Assembly (NCBI GenBank): GCA_951406725.2
Contig: OX597841.1
Span: 20,398,001-20,462,000, forward strand
Length of the DNA stretch: 64,000 nt
Reading direction: 5' to 3'
Source of the DNA: Octopus vulgaris
Lineage: Eukaryota
In this document: one piece after another, positions 13,031-27,892 of the stretch
Layout of the letters: every line of letters begins with the position of its first letter
Numbering within the stretch: position 1 is the stretch's first letter
Notes under the pieces: model-generated
Told to the model about the DNA's origin: nothing
Database searches by the model: none
The model's input: the letters and a program-made list of their open reading frames with translations, nothing else
Program-made: the position numbers and the translations under genes

Positions 13031-14150
13031 ACTAGCTGAAGGTGACCCGCTCTACGCGCGGGTAAGAGTGTGGTTGTTACTTTCTGTTGCTTCCTTTCAG
13101 CACGTAAAAAGTACCATCCGAACGTGGCGGATTGCAGCGCCGCCTTGACTGGCTTCTGTGCCAGTGACACGTAAAAAGCACCAACCGATCGTGGGCGTTG
13201 CCAGCCCCCCTGGCACCTGTGCCGGCGGCACGAAAAATGCACCCACTACGCTCCCAGAGTGGTTGGCGTTAGGAAGGGCATCCACCTGTAGAAACACTGC
13301 CAGATGAAAACTGGAGCCTGGTGCAGCCTCCTGGCTTCCCAGACCCCGGTCAAACTGTCCAACCCGTGCTAGAACGGAAAACGGACGTTAAACGATGATG
13401 ATGATGATGATGATGATTCTCCCTCTTTGTTTCTCTCTCCTTTCTCTCTCACTTTCCCCACTCTCTTACTCTTCCTTTCTCTCGGACTCTCCCTCGCTTT
13501 CTCTTACTCTCTATCTTTATCTATCTCTCTCCCATTTATAAACAACAAAAGATCTTGAGTAAGTTGAGAAATAAAATATTTAGAAAGATCAATCATAAAT
13601 ATCAGGCAGTAACAACGGAAAGGTCTGCTTCAAGGCAGACAGCAAAACACTAACATTTAAAAGGGACAGACGAACTTGCGAGCTGAATAAAAATAATAAA
13701 ATATTGGAAACCAAAGTTTGAAGGGATAGAATCTGAGGGTAGTAGAGTCAGCATGGCTGGCATTTCTTAACGACGGACAGCAACGTTTTGACAGTTTAAC
13801 GGCTGGCGTAAAATTTTGAACCTGATGTAAAAGAAAATCCCTAAACACCAAGTTTTGAAGTGATTCTTTTTCACAACAGTAGACTCACCATGGCAAGCAT
13901 TCAAAACTTCTTCATCATGGACGGCAACACATTGACAATTAAAAGGCAGGCGCAAATTTTTTAGCTTGATATAACAGAGAATTGCTAAACACCTGCTCCT
14001 TTAAATTTTAATCCCCTTGCAGCCCCATTTATACCCCTTTTCACATTTTGGTTAATATAACGTGATTTCATTCGGGTGTACTGGGGCCACATTTTATAAG
14101 ATGAGGAATTTTGTCCTAGAGGTAACGCCTTTCATTTGAGGAAAAAAATA
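13031..14150. mobile_element. Possible non-autonomous Helitron-like element with an RTE 3' end inserted at about 13097-13415
   Basis: Starts actagctgaaggtgacccgctctacgcgcgggt (ACTAG end plus ACCCGC/GCGGGT hairpin); internal (CT)n; right boundary uncertain. Confidence 0.4.
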
Positions 14151-15036
14151 GTTGTCATGCAAACTTGCCAGCACTTTTAACATAGGTCTGCATCTATGTA
14201 TGTGTGTGTATGTATGTGTATGTATGTGTATGTATGTGTGTGTATGTATGTGTGTGTGTATGTATGCATTTCCATTGAGTCAACCTCATTTCTACATAGC
14301 AGACCGTTACATAAACAGACAAAGGTACATACATACATGCACACTCACACATACATACACACACATACACATACATACACACACACACATACACATATAC
14401 ACATACATACACACACACACACACACATACATAGATACATACACACACACACATACATGCATACATACATATACACATACATGCATACACACGCACGCAC
14501 TACAAAAACCGAGTAAAAAATTTCAGTTATCTCTCTCTTTCACACAGACCAGCCTTCACATACATACCTGTACACTCACATACATACATTCACAGACAGA
14601 TACACAGTCATATACAAAATGCGACGTCGTCGTCAGAAATGTATATGGGTTTAATAACGTACCATTACATATGTATATGTATGTGTAGATGTGTGTGCTC
14701 AATAGCATACCATTACATATATACATATGTAAGTGTAGATGTGTATGCTTAATAACGTACCTAATGTGGAAAGACACACACACACATATACACATACGAC
14801 ACATACACTCACAGACAGATACACAGTCATGCACAAAATGTGATGTGGTGGTATGAAATGGTCCTGTTGATAATAGAAAGACGTAAGCATGGAAGACGTT
14901 TGTAAGCCATTCCAGAACATACAAAAACCGTCAGTTTCACTTCAACTTTTAAATTTCATCTGTGTCAAAATATTTTCGTCGCTTTGAAACCCTGACCTGT
15001 TCCCTTAAAAAAAACTTTGACATGCATCTGAGAAAG

Positions 15037-15700
15037 TAACAGTTAGTTCATGTGCTCGGAACATATATATACAAGATTCGACAGAGTAACAGTTATATAT
15101 GCAACTTGAACAGACACATATACACACATGCAGACATGTCTGCACACATACTTACGTAAATGCTCACATACATACATACATACATACATACATACATAGA
15201 CACATATATATTCTTTTCTACTCTTGGCACAAGGCCCGAAAATGTGGGATTTTGTGGGATTGACCTCAGTACGCAACTGGTACTTAATCGACCCCGAATT
15301 TGAACTCAGAACGTAAAGGTAGACAAAATACTGCTAAGCATTTCGCCCGGCGGAGAGCTGGCGGAAACGTTAGCACGCCGGGCGAAATGCTTAGCAGTAT
15401 TTTGTCTACCTTTACGTTCTGAGTTCAAATTCGGGGTCGATTAAGTACCAGTTGCGTACTGAGGTCAATCCCACAAAATTTCGGGCCTTGTGCCTAGAGT
15501 AGAAAAGAATATATATGTGTCTATGTATGTATGTATGTATGTATGTATGTATGTGAGCATTTACGTAAGTATGTGTGCAGACATGTCTGCATGTATGTAT
15601 ATGTGTATGTACATGTAAATGTATGTTTTATGTGTCTGTTCAAGTTGCATATATAACTGTTACTCTGTCGAATCTTGTATATATATGTTCCGAGCACATG
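15037..15700. repeat. Fold-back inverted duplication centred on a SINE head
   Basis: Arms about 15037-15352 and 15376-15700; spacer gagagctggcggaaacgttagca. Confidence 0.88.
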
Positions 15701-16571
15701 ATCTCAGATCAAGTCCCTTGCTATGCAAGTACATCTCCGTAAACAGAAAGATAATCTCATTGAAATGTTATATTGTTTTAATCGAAAGGAAAATATTTCA
15801 TATAGTACATTCACAGACAGATACACAATTGTATACAAAAATGTGACATGGTCGTGGTGGTTAGAATGAAAAATAAAACATATGGTATATTTAATAATGT
15901 ACTTAATGCGGAAAGACACACTGAGACTTATACACTTATATACATACACAGTCATATACAAAATGTGACATTGTTGTGATTAACCAGCCCTCACATACAT
16001 ATAGTGTGTTTAATAATGTACCTAACACGGAAAGACACACAAGCACTGTGAGACAGATACACACTCATACACTCACACATATATTCACAGACAGATACAC
16101 AGTCATATACAAAATGTGACATCATCACCATGGTTACAATTAAAAATAAACCGATAAAAGTGAAACAATATATCACATTACAATATTTATGTTATTCTTT
16201 CACTTTTATTCTTCAAGTTTTGACACGTAATACGGAACCAGTGCCAATGTTGCATTACTTTAATCCAAAGAAATTACATGTTAACAATCATGGGGTTTGA
16301 TAGTATTACCATGTAAAATTTGATTTCATTTGGTTGAGCTGTTTGAAAATGCATTGGGAACAGAGAGACAAAGGATTTTATACATATACATAGATTACTA
16401 TAGTTTTTCAAAAACTTTCAGATGTTCATAGATTTCTATTATATATGTATGTATACATATACACACACAGGGCTTACTAATAGTTTCCTGCATATGAGAA
16501 TGTGATAGGTGGACAATCTTTTATGGCATACTGTTGATTTCTCTGCAATCATCAGATTTTAATATACACAT

Positions 16572-16935
16572 GGGCACAGGAGTGGCTGTGTGGTAAGTAG
16601 CTTGCTTAACAATCACATGGTTCTGGGTTCAGGTCCCACTGCGTGGCACCTTGGGCAGTGTCTTCTACTATAACCTCAGGCCGACCAAAGCCTTGTGAGT
16701 GGATTTGGTCGACGGAAACTGAAAGAAGCCTGTTGTATGTGTGTGTAAGTTTGCATGTCTGTATTTGTCCCCCAACATCGCTTGACAACCGATGCTGGTG
16801 TGTTTACATCCCTGTACCTTAGAAGTTCAGCAAAAGTGATTGATAGAATAAGTACTGGGCTTCCAAAATCCTGGGGTTGATTTGCTCAACTAAAGGCGGT
16901 GCCCCAGTCAAATGACTGAAACAAGTAAAAGAATA
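16572..16935 (+). mobile_element. tRNA-derived SINE
   Basis: ggcacaggagtggctgtgtggtaagtagcttgc...gggttcaggtccc...ccttgggcagtg...actgaaacaagtaaaaga. Confidence 0.88.
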
Positions 16936-17156
16936 GAAGAACACGACTGCACATTGAGGAAAAGCTAGAAATTATAAGAAAGTCTGAGAGTAAAATTGGA
17001 ATAAGAAAAAAGTAAAAGGAAAAGTTTTGAAGTTCCATCTTTTGAGTCTGCTTCTGAGTCACTCGAATTTAAACTCAGTGTTTATTAAATGATATTGTTT
17101 TAATGGATGGAGTACCTCTTTTTGTGGTTCCTATCAATAACAGAATGGCATATGTA

Positions 17157-17216
<60 letters not shown>

Positions 17217-17231
17217 TATGCCATTCTGTTA

Positions 17232-18510
17232 GAACATTTAAATACCTTTATAGTTCCAAATATAGTGTTTGAGTCTCAGTGTGGTTTTCGTTCCTCCAGG
17301 GGCACAGCAGATTGTATCTTTACTGTCAGACAATTACAAGAAAAGTGCATTGAACAGAATCTTGCTCCATACCATTGCTTTGTTGATTTGAGCAAAGCAT
17401 TTGATTCTGTTAATTGAAACACTCTGTGGCTAATTCTCAGGAAAATAGGTTGTCCAGAATAATTTGTAAACATGATCAGGGCTTTGCATCAAGATATGAA
17501 AGCTAGAGTTAACTTTGGTGGTCGGCTCCCTGAATCTTTTGCTGTGGAAAATGGAGTAAAGCAAGGAGACCTTGATGCAGCCACCCTCTTTGCAATATAC
17601 TTTGCTGTTGTGTTGTCAGATGCTTTTCAAAACTCTGAGGAGGGTATTTACATAAAATATCAAACAACTGGGAATGTTTTTAATCTGACTGAAATTCAAA
17701 ACAAAGGTTTTTACTTCACTCATTAGGGAACTTTTGATGATTGAGATCTTGTGAGTCATTCTGAAACAGGTCTGCAATCTCTTGTATTTGCACTCGCTTC
17801 GGCTTGTGATGATTTGGGTTTGACCATCGACTTGAAAAAAACAGTTGTAATGCATCAACCTGTGTGTGGTGCTGTTTGTACCCCCCCCCCCCACACACCT
17901 AAAATTTTTGCGAAGGGTAAGTTACTTGAGGTTGTTGATTCGTTCCTCTACCTTGGAATCTCTGTACAAAATGATGGAAATCTTGATACAGAAATACAGC
18001 TGCAAGTTCAAAGGGCAGCAAAAGAATTTGGTGGCTTGGAGTCATGCATTTGGTGCCAGTGACATATAAATAGGAATACAAAACTGGCTTTTTACAAATC
18101 ATTTGTCTTACCATCCCTGTTGTATTCTTGTTATGAGAGGCATTTTAATTTGTTAGAACAATTCCACCAAAAATGCCTTCATCGCATTTTAAAAATTAAA
18201 GGGAGTTCTTTTCCTCCAAACACAGATGTCCTTGCATCTGCAGGCATCACCTCAATTAAAGCTATGATTTTGAGAAACTAATTGAGATGGTGTGGCCATA
18301 TTATTCGAATGGCAGATGAACATGCTGAAACAGCTGTTTTATTGTGCGCTTGCAGAGGGGAAACGCTATCAGTGTAAAGCTAAAAAAGGGCTGAAGGATG
18401 GCATGAGGACTACTATGAAGTCACTTGAAATGGATCCAGAAGATATAGAAACCCTTGCTTCGGATTGAGATGGATGGTGAACAAAGGTGTGGAGTGGAGT
18501 GAAAGCATTT
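17232..18510 (+). mobile_element. Decayed BovB-like RTE LINE (RT region)
   Basis: ESQCGFRSSRGTADCIFTVRQLQEKCIEQN..FVDLSKAFDSVN; GVKQG; many stops and frameshifts. Confidence 0.88.
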
Positions 18511-18518
18511 GTCTAGAC

Positions 18519-18567
<49 letters not shown>

Positions 18568-18639
18568 AAAAAAGGAAATGAAGAAAATGCTGACAAAATA
18601 ATTTAAGTAAGGGAGAGTATATTTAATTAGGTGAAAGTT

Positions 18640-18677
18640 CTTTTTACCAGTTGCGCATTTGTTATGCTTATCAAAAG
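18640..18677 (-). ncRNA. Degenerate hammerhead with U3-A8 core
   Basis: Minus strand CTT TTGATAA GCAT AACAA ATGC GCAA CTG GTA AAAAG; GAAA box altered to GCAA. Confidence 0.45.
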
Positions 18678-18740
18678 ATATTTTTTATGAGAGATAGAGT
18701 TCCTTTCTGATATATTTTTTTCTCTTATCTGTATGTATCT

Positions 18741-18785
<45 letters not shown>

Positions 18786-18806
18786 TCCTATCTATCTATC
18801 TCTCTC

Positions 18807-18837
<31 letters not shown>

Positions 18838-19127
18838 CTTTCTATCTATATATATATATATATAATATAAATTAGAGATAAAACCACTATTATGCAACTC
18901 AGTGATAGACATAAACCAATACATAAATAACAAATAATATATATTTTTTTTAAAACATATAACTTATAACTAAATCTCAAAAAATATAAAGTGAATGAGC
19001 AATATATAATATAGTAATTGAAAACACTACGTATGTTTCATGGCTATATATATACATATATATGAATTTTGCATAATGAGATAAAAAACCAAGGCTGTAT
19101 GGATATTAGAACATTTATAGATATAAG

Positions 19128-19179
19128 ATCTTACAGCTGTTTCTAGGATATTAATTAATATTATCCCTTCAGCGGAGAT
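19128..19179 (-). ncRNA. Mutated inverted copy of the 19230 hammerhead
   Basis: Minus strand ATCT CCGCTGA AGGGATA...TATCCTA GAAACAGCTGTA AGAT. Confidence 0.55.
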
Positions 19180-19229
19180 GGTGTGAGAGGAAAAATTAAG
19201 ACATAGTTTCGATGTGATGACTTAACACC

Positions 19230-19281
19230 GTCTCTGATGAAGGGATATCATTAATTAATATCCTAGAAACAGCTGTAAGAC
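19230..19281 (+). ncRNA. Type I hammerhead ribozyme motif
   Basis: GTCT CTGATGA A GGGATAT..ATATCCT A GAA ACAGCTGT A AGAC; palindromic stem III, GUA site. Confidence 0.8.
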
Positions 19282-19483
19282 CTTCTATCTATAAATGCTC
19301 TAATATCTATACAGCCTTGGTTTTTTATCTCATTACGCAAAATTCTTATATACACACGCTGACATAGAACCAATGTTGAACCCTTTGTTCGCAATATTAC
19401 TGAATCTGGAACTTAACTATGGTCTGTCTATAGCACTTATTCAGCATTACCTGACACCTTTGGGTCTCAATGACACCATTATA

Positions 19484-20624
<1,141 letters not shown>

Positions 20625-20732
20625 GTATATTTATGTATATATATATATACACGTATATTTATGTATATATATATATATATACACGTATATTTATGTATAT
20701 ATATATTTACACGTATATATATGTATATATAT

Positions 20733-20766
<34 letters not shown>

Positions 20767-21669
20767 GTATGTGTATGTGTGTTTGTATATACATAAGGAA
20801 CTACTGTCTACAGTACTACTCACCTGCTGTAATTCCTTGAGAGCAGGATAGACATATATTACAGCCCAGGGCTGATGGCCACTTTGCTCCTGTCCCACTC
20901 AAACCACTTCTTTTTAAAATCCCTCCTTCCTTCCCATTTCTTTCTGATCACTCCTTTCTGTGCCTTCCTGAAGTACATGTTAGACCTGCCATTACCTTGT
21001 CTGTAGCCCTATCTCATATGCTATCATTCTCATCAACGTGTTATATCTGTTGTCAATCATTGCTATAGCAACCCTTATTTAACTCTCTTTAATCCATCTC
21101 TGTCATTGTACATTCCCACTCTGTTCACCATTTCCACAATTTCTTATCAATCTGCACACTTGTCATATTGAGTCTCATGGAAGTGATGACACATGACTGA
21201 GAATTCTGGAAATTTCCTGTGCTTGGGAAGACACATCAAGCTAAGTGGTCATGGCCAGTGCTAGTGACACATAAAAGGCACCCAGGTAAAAGACACTCAG
21301 TATACACTATAGAGCGTCTGGCCAAAGAAACCAAGCCAAAATAGACAGAGTCTGGTACAGCTCTCTGGCTTACCAGCTCCAGTCAAACAGTCTAACCATG
21401 GAAAAATGGATGTTAAAGGATGATGACGGAGATGACAATCCTTTCCTGCTTTCCTGTACTGCCACTTATCACTTCTTTCTTCCCGAGTCACTCCTATTCT
21501 TTCACTTTCATCTCTACACCAACTTCCAGGTTTTTTGTCCATATTCTCTCGTATACTTATCATCTAGTACTTTGAAAGTATGCTGTGACACTTCATCACC
21601 ATCATCATTGTATTTTTTGCAGCTTCTCCCACCCACTCTTTTAATCATACATGTATCTTCACAATACCT

Positions 21670-21895
21670 ATTTCTTTACTACCCACAAGGGGCTAAACAC
21701 AGAGAGGACAAACAAGGACAGACAAATGGATTAAGTTGATTATATCGACCCCAGTGTGTAACTGGTACTTATTTAATCGATTCCGAAAGGATGAAAGGCA
21801 AAGTTGACCTCAGTGGAATTTGAACTCAGAACGTAATGGCAGACGAAATACGGCTACGCATTTCGCCCGGCGTGCTAACGATTCTGCCAGCTCGC
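21670..21895 (-). mobile_element. tRNA-derived SINE
   Basis: Ends in ttcgcccggcgtgctaacgattctgccagctcgcc (reverse complement of a tRNA-like head). Confidence 0.85.
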
Positions 21896-22436
21896 CTATC
21901 TTCACAATACCAAGAGACTTGTGCTTATCTCTGACACACTTTAGCCTCTCAACATCTGGCATAAAATCACCTCCTCTCAGTCAAGGTATCTTTACTTTGT
22001 CTTGTGAATTACTTGACAGCTTCACTAGCACTAATGTCACAAAAAAAAGCACTTAGTACACTCTGTAAATTGCTTGGCTTTAGGCAGGGCATCCAGCCAT
22101 AGAAACCACACTAAAACAGACGTTGAAGCTCTACACAGTCCTCTGGCTAGTCCGGTCAAAGTGTCTGACCCACATCAACATGGAAGATGGGCATAAAATG
22201 ATGACAATGATAATTTATATTCTCTAGTCTTAAATTTGATAAACAAAACTAATAAATTAAAACTGAACCAAAATCCATGAGAAAGCTATGACCCAAACAA
22301 ATTTTTTTCCTGATTTCTTAGAAACTTCTAAGCTGAAGTGCCAGCAGCACGGACTTTGTCTGTCTGCTTACCCTCTTAGAGTATTTAAGTAAAATTATAC
22401 AAATGTGTCCAACTGATTAAAAAATTCTATTTATTT

Positions 22437-22524
22437 ATGCAGCTGAGGATAGCTCTGCATTTAAATTGATGTAATGATTGCATTGTTCAATTAAATGGAG
22501 CCACTTGAAACAGTCGTACTGCAT
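22437..22524 (+). ncRNA. Type I hammerhead ribozyme motif
   Basis: ATGCAG CTGAGGA TAGCTC..CATTTAAATTGA...TCAATTAAATGGAGCCA CTT GAAAC AGTC GTA CTGCAT; perfect 6-bp stem I. Confidence 0.7.
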
Positions 22525-22556
22525 CACCTCTGGATATTCTGTTGCTTATTTTGATT

Positions 22557-22615
<59 letters not shown>

Positions 22616-22661
22616 TACATATATATAATAATTAAGGTGGCTAGACGCAATTCAAAATCAA

Positions 22662-22894
22662 AAAGGAAATAATTCACCATCACTAAAATGTGATGAAGGG
22701 TGCAGGAAGAACTCTTTAACCACAGAAGCACATTTTCTATTTACTGACAAGGAAGACAGCCACCCCAATTGGAGTGGCAGGGTTGTCTCATAAATGTGCT
22801 TCTGTGGCTAAAGAGTTCTTTCACTCTTATTTCTAGCAATGCTAGTGCTCCCTGCATCCTTCATCACATTTTAATGATGGTGAATTATTTCCTT
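22662..22894. repeat. Imperfect inverted repeat (MITE-like or fold-back)
   Basis: aaggaaataattcaccatcactaaaatgtgatgaagggtgcagg / cctgcatccttcatcacattttaatgatggtgaattatttcctt. Confidence 0.75.
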
Positions 22895-22917
22895 ATATAT
22901 ATATATATGTGTGTGTG

Positions 22918-23235
22918 AAGGCACATGGCTCAGTGGTTAGAGCATCGAGCTTATGATCGTGAGGTTGTGAGTTCGAATCCCAGACCAGGCTGCGTGTTGT
23001 GTTCTTGAGCAAGACACTTTATTTCACGTTGCTCCAGTTTATTCAGCTGTAGAGATGAGTTGCAATGTCACTAGTGCAAAGCTGTATCAGCCTTTGCCCT
23101 TCCTTTGGTGTGGAGAGGGGACGTTGGTATGCATGGGCAACTGCTGGTCTTCCATAAGCAACCTTGCCCAGACTTGTGCCTCGGAGGGTAACATTGTAGG
23201 TGCAATCCCTCATTCCTGACCGAAGGGGGTCTCAG
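22918..23235 (+). mobile_element. tRNA-derived SINE with A and B boxes
   Basis: tggctcagtggttag (A box) and gagttcgaatccc (B box), then cttgagcaagacactt. Confidence 0.85.
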
Positions 23236-24648
23236 CATATATATTTACACAGTCATATATACTGCACTCATGATCGCAAGATCATGGTTTCAGTTCCTAG
23301 ACCGGGTGGTGCATTGTGCTCTTGTACAAACACTTCATCTCATGTTGCTCTGTGATCACTTCAACACCTGACGCAAGGTACATAGTGCACCTGTTCAGGC
23401 AACGTTGATTTGATGTAGCGAGCGGACTAATGTGTAGCACAAACATTTGATCCCTACAAACAAATCGTTTGTGCCGGTCGTTCAGCTGAACGCTCACACA
23501 TCATCTTTGACAGAAGAGTCCATATACAGTCAAAAGGTGAGATCCACAGATGCTTAGTATAGAAAACACAAAGTGGTGCTCGAATGATTTGACCTTAGAC
23601 TCCAAAGTCTTTATCAAAGACTATGTCCACAGTGTAAAAAGTGGCCGTAAGAGAAATCCAGGTGACCTGACTTGGAGACAGGGATGAAGATGAACACAAT
23701 TAAGTTTGATATATGTAAATATACATGCATGTATGTTCACAAATAGATATGTATAGAAATATGTAGACACAAAGACTAAATACATTCAGAAGATAAACAC
23801 ATATATACAAGCATTTATAAATAAATTTACTTTAACATGAACTATGAAAATAATGAAAATTAAGGGAAAATGCGTAACTCAACAGCTCCCATAAACAGCT
23901 GTTGGGTTAAAAACTATTCATTCTGGGGTTTTTTTTTTTTTTGGGGGGGACTCCATGTAAAAGTAACTTTATTTATCAATATATATAAATATCTATGCTT
24001 GTACATATGTGTTTATCTTGTGGATATATTTAGTTTTTGTATCTATCAATAATTCTGTATGTAACCTCATAAATATGTGTGTATGTGTGTGTGTATGCAA
24101 ACTTTAGGTTAGTTAAAATATGTTTGCAACATAATTCAACTTCTACAGGCAAATTCACTGAAGTTACTGTGGAGAAAAATATCTCTTATGGTAAGAGGTG
24201 TAAAAACACTGTAACTGTTCGGTGCGGCCCCTTTTCAGAATCCCAGATGGTGCGTTTCCAGATTTTTAGCCATTATCAATGAGATATTATCAAGAGATGT
24301 AACTCTGCACAGACTTAATGCCATAGCTTTAACAAAAGCACAGTCAACAACATTGATGGATTTCTGCTATTAGACTGCCAGGTCGGAAGAAATTTGTCAG
24401 TACCGGCATCAAGAAGTGTTTAGGCATAAGTGACCTTTAGGTTAGATAAAATATGTTTGTGACATATCTCAATTGCTAAAAAGAATTTCACTGCAGTTAT
24501 TTGTGGAGAAAAATTCCCACTGCTACCGAGATACTGCTTGGTGGTGATACCAACAATAATGAACCAACTCTGTGTTGATCTGCATCTCTTTCTCTCAATG
24601 TGTATGTGTATATATTGCTATGAATAGTTCAATCTAAGGACAGTTGGC

Positions 24649-25655
24649 TGTGACCTACTTTGCTGGCTTGGAGACTCCCCGACCCCTTCGGGTGAATTAG
24701 GGTTCATTGGGAGGGCTGCCCCCTTAAGTAAGCAGTTCAGTGTGTGAGAGACAGTGAAGAAGAGGAAGAAGAAAGTAGTGAGGAAGACAGATTAAGGAAT
24801 CTGAGAGCAGATAGAGAGAGTATTAGCAGTGCTAAGACAGATTGGGGGTGGTGACAGAGCAAGAGGTTTTGGACAGTCGGTATTTGGTCGTCAAGGCGAG
24901 CGGTTGGAATTAAGCAGTCGGCGGTTTTGGAGTATTAGGACAGAGAGAGATATATGCAGAGGAATAGGCGGCTGATAGAGAGGAAGTACAACATGAGGCG
25001 TTGGCTAATGTAAGGTACGTGAATTGTGTATTGATATGTGAAGAAAAAGAAGGAAAAGGAATCGATGTATCGAAATGTTGAAAAGAAATGAGACAGTGAA
25101 AAGAACAATGTGAATTGAGTAAAGGACTTGTTGATGTGTTGATTATCGAGTTGTGGTATTTATGTTCAGAATTGTTGTGGAAAAGAAAGACTCTGATGTA
25201 GTCTTTAAAGACTTTAAAGAACTGTGAACGTTATTTGTTTTAATTGGATTTGAACATTGATTTGTAACGTGAATTATTTGTGACATGAACATTGTATACC
25301 TGTTTCTTGCATGTGTTTTCTTTAATTGCTGTTGTTATTGAAATTGATGTGTTGTTACCGGACGGTTATATTGTATCTGCATGTTTAAATGCTTTGATCT
25401 GTGGTATACCTGTATGATGTATTGAGTTGTTACTTGCAGGTCCTCTTTTAAATGTATCTGAAATGTATTTGTTGTTGTAACAATTGTAATAGACATATAA
25501 ACTAGTCGTTAAATGTAAGCCAATTGCCTTGCCTCATTGTGTCTCTCTCGATTGGCTCTGTGCTGCTGCTGCTGTTGTTGTTGTCTCTCTCTCTCCTCTC
25601 CGAGTTTCCGTGGCGAAAATATTCCGTAACAGTTTTCGGAGGTCCCCTCGTAACA
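24649..25655. mobile_element. Possible solo LTR
   Basis: Ends TGTGAC...GTAACA (TG..CA); composition unlike flanks; no target duplication seen. Confidence 0.3.
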
Positions 25656-26227
25656 ATATCATCATATATATGTGTGTGTGTGTTTGTGTGTGTGTGCGTA
25701 TGTGTGTACATATAATGTACACACACACACACACACATATATATATACATATACATACACACACATATATATATATATACATATACACACACACACATAT
25801 ATATATACATATACATACACACACATATATATATATACATATACACACACACACATATACATACACACACACACACATATATATACATATACAAACACAC
25901 ACATATATATATATTGGACTATTTTGTGCAATGTATCCTTCTTTGCTTTTGTTTCACCCTGGATCAATGTTGGTCAAGCAATCCTATGATGAAAGCCATA
26001 TCCAATCTGTCAGTTTTGAATGTCAGAAACGAAACTGTCCACTGATGCAAGATATTTGGCACTGCGTTCCAGCCATGCCCATCTCTTTTCTTTAGTCATA
26101 GTCTATCTGGGACTATATCATCCAATGTAACCTTTGACCTTTTTAATTTTGGGTGTATGTGGGATTTTAAGGTGATTTATTTGCTATTTTCCTTTTTTTT
26201 TCTTCAGCAGTTTGAGTGGATCCCTCA

Positions 26228-26566
26228 TCAGATGACTGGTTGCTGTTGTTCATGTTGTTGCTGTTGTTGTTGTTGTTCACAGGGGTGGTCATCATCGGTC
26301 AGTTTCAACATCTCCTTTACTGTGTTTAAACTCTTCTTTCGTATTGAACAGTTGAGATACTTGGAAAAGACGCTATCAAGAACGGCCATACTTTCGGAGT
26401 TTTCTATGGATCCAAAATAATGCAGGAGAAACTCTTCAGCATACTGACACAGGCACATGTGTCCCCTGATGTGGTATTCTTGACTGGGCTTCAAGAGTAA
26501 CCGGTGGAGCAACTGCTGAGAATAAGGTGCACCAAGCATGACAACAAGCTTTTCAGCCATGGAATT
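26228..26566 (-). CDS. Terminal coding exon of an unidentified host gene (NSMAEKLVVMLG...QQQPVI*)
   Basis: Strong acceptor ttatttccttttctcttttcttttccag; phase 0; 112 codons to TGA; non-repetitive, protein-like. Confidence 0.7.
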   Translation of the reverse strand, partial: NSMAEKLVVMLGAPYSQQLLHRLLLKPSQEYHIRGHMCLCQYAEEFLLHYFGSIENSESMAVLDSVFSKYLNCSIRKKSLNTVKEMLKLTDDDHPCEQQQQQQQHEQQQPVI

Positions 26567-26659
26567 CTGGAAAAGAAAAGAGAAAAGGAAATAATGTACA
26601 TGCTTACATAAGCACGCGTGTGTGTATGTGTGTATATGGGTATCAATGTGTATATATAC

Positions 26660-27065
26660 TTTTATTCTTTTACTTGTTTCAGTCATTTGACTGCGGCCAT
26701 CCTGGAGCATTGCCTTAATGGGTTTTAGTCAAAGAAATAGATTCCAGTACTTATTCTATCAGACTCTTTTACCAAATTGCTAACTTACACTGTACCAGTT
26801 GTCAAGCGATGGAGATAGGGACAAACACAGATACAAAGACACACACACACACACACACAGATATATGAGTGTGTATATATATATATATATGATGGGCTTC
26901 TTTCAGTTTTCATCTATCAAATACACTCACAAGGCATTGGTCAGCCCGGGGCTATATTAGAAGACACCTGCCCAAGGTGCCATACAGTTGGATTGAACCC
27001 CAAACCATGTGGTTAGGAAGCAAGCTTCTTACCACACACCTACACCTCTGCCTGCACACAGCCAC
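26660..27065 (-). mobile_element. tRNA-derived SINE
   Basis: Reverse complement of the 63357 family. Confidence 0.8.
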
Positions 27066-27399
27066 TTATATTTATTCGTGTATAAGTCATAGCCATAATT
27101 TAGTGTTAAATCTTGGCGAAAACTTTTTTCTCATCATATTCAAACCTGGTATCAGCTTTTTTCTGTGTTTTAGTCATACCCTAGTTCCACATTAGTAAAT
27201 ACAGTATCCACACACACTCACACACACACACATCATCATCTTCTCCTTATCATTATTGGCCCACGACCTCTTAAAAATATGGAGGAGGAAATGCCTCACT
27301 ACTGAAAGGTAATAATTGGGGATTATCTCCCCTTTTGTTTTCAGCTATTGACTTCTGGCTGTGCAACCATCTTGACACACACACACACATATATATCTT

Positions 27400-27845
27400 T
27401 AATGTACTTTATAATCTCTGACGAGGCCTATGGAAATATATAAGTACCTCATTTTTAACTGCATACAACCTTGTATGAGCATAACAAATTACTTTTTCCA
27501 TAGGCTGAAACAGCTGTAAGGAGTGATTTTAATGATTTCAATAATTTATTTTATGATTTTTATAATTATATTCTTATCTTATATGTATTGACTTATAACG
27601 TATATATGCATGTTATTATGGTTCTTGTTTTTTTAAATAAATAAGTCAACATTCTAATATCCTAAAGCTGATAAACCAACTTATGTGTTTCTCCATTTTC
27701 TTATTTGTATTATAAATTAATGGTAAAATATTTCTTTACCTTCACCCGTTTAATACAATAAGTAAGTTATTTGGATTACAATTAAAAACACTTGTGTATT
27801 AAGAATTTGGGTATTTATACCAACAGTATGTTGGATAAATATTAT
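27400..27845 (+). mobile_element. About 450-bp non-coding HHR repeat (paralogue at 44640-45100)
   Basis: Colinear similarity from the HHR to ...taccaacagtatgttggataaat. Confidence 0.8.
27415..27521 (+). ncRNA. Type I hammerhead ribozyme motif with long stem II loop
   Basis: TCT CTGACGA GGCCTATGGAAA...TTTCCATAGGCT GAA ACAGCTGT A AGG. Confidence 0.78.
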
Positions 27846-27892
27846 CCCTTAGTGGGTTGGATCCACACCCCTAACTTATTTGGTGGTATATA

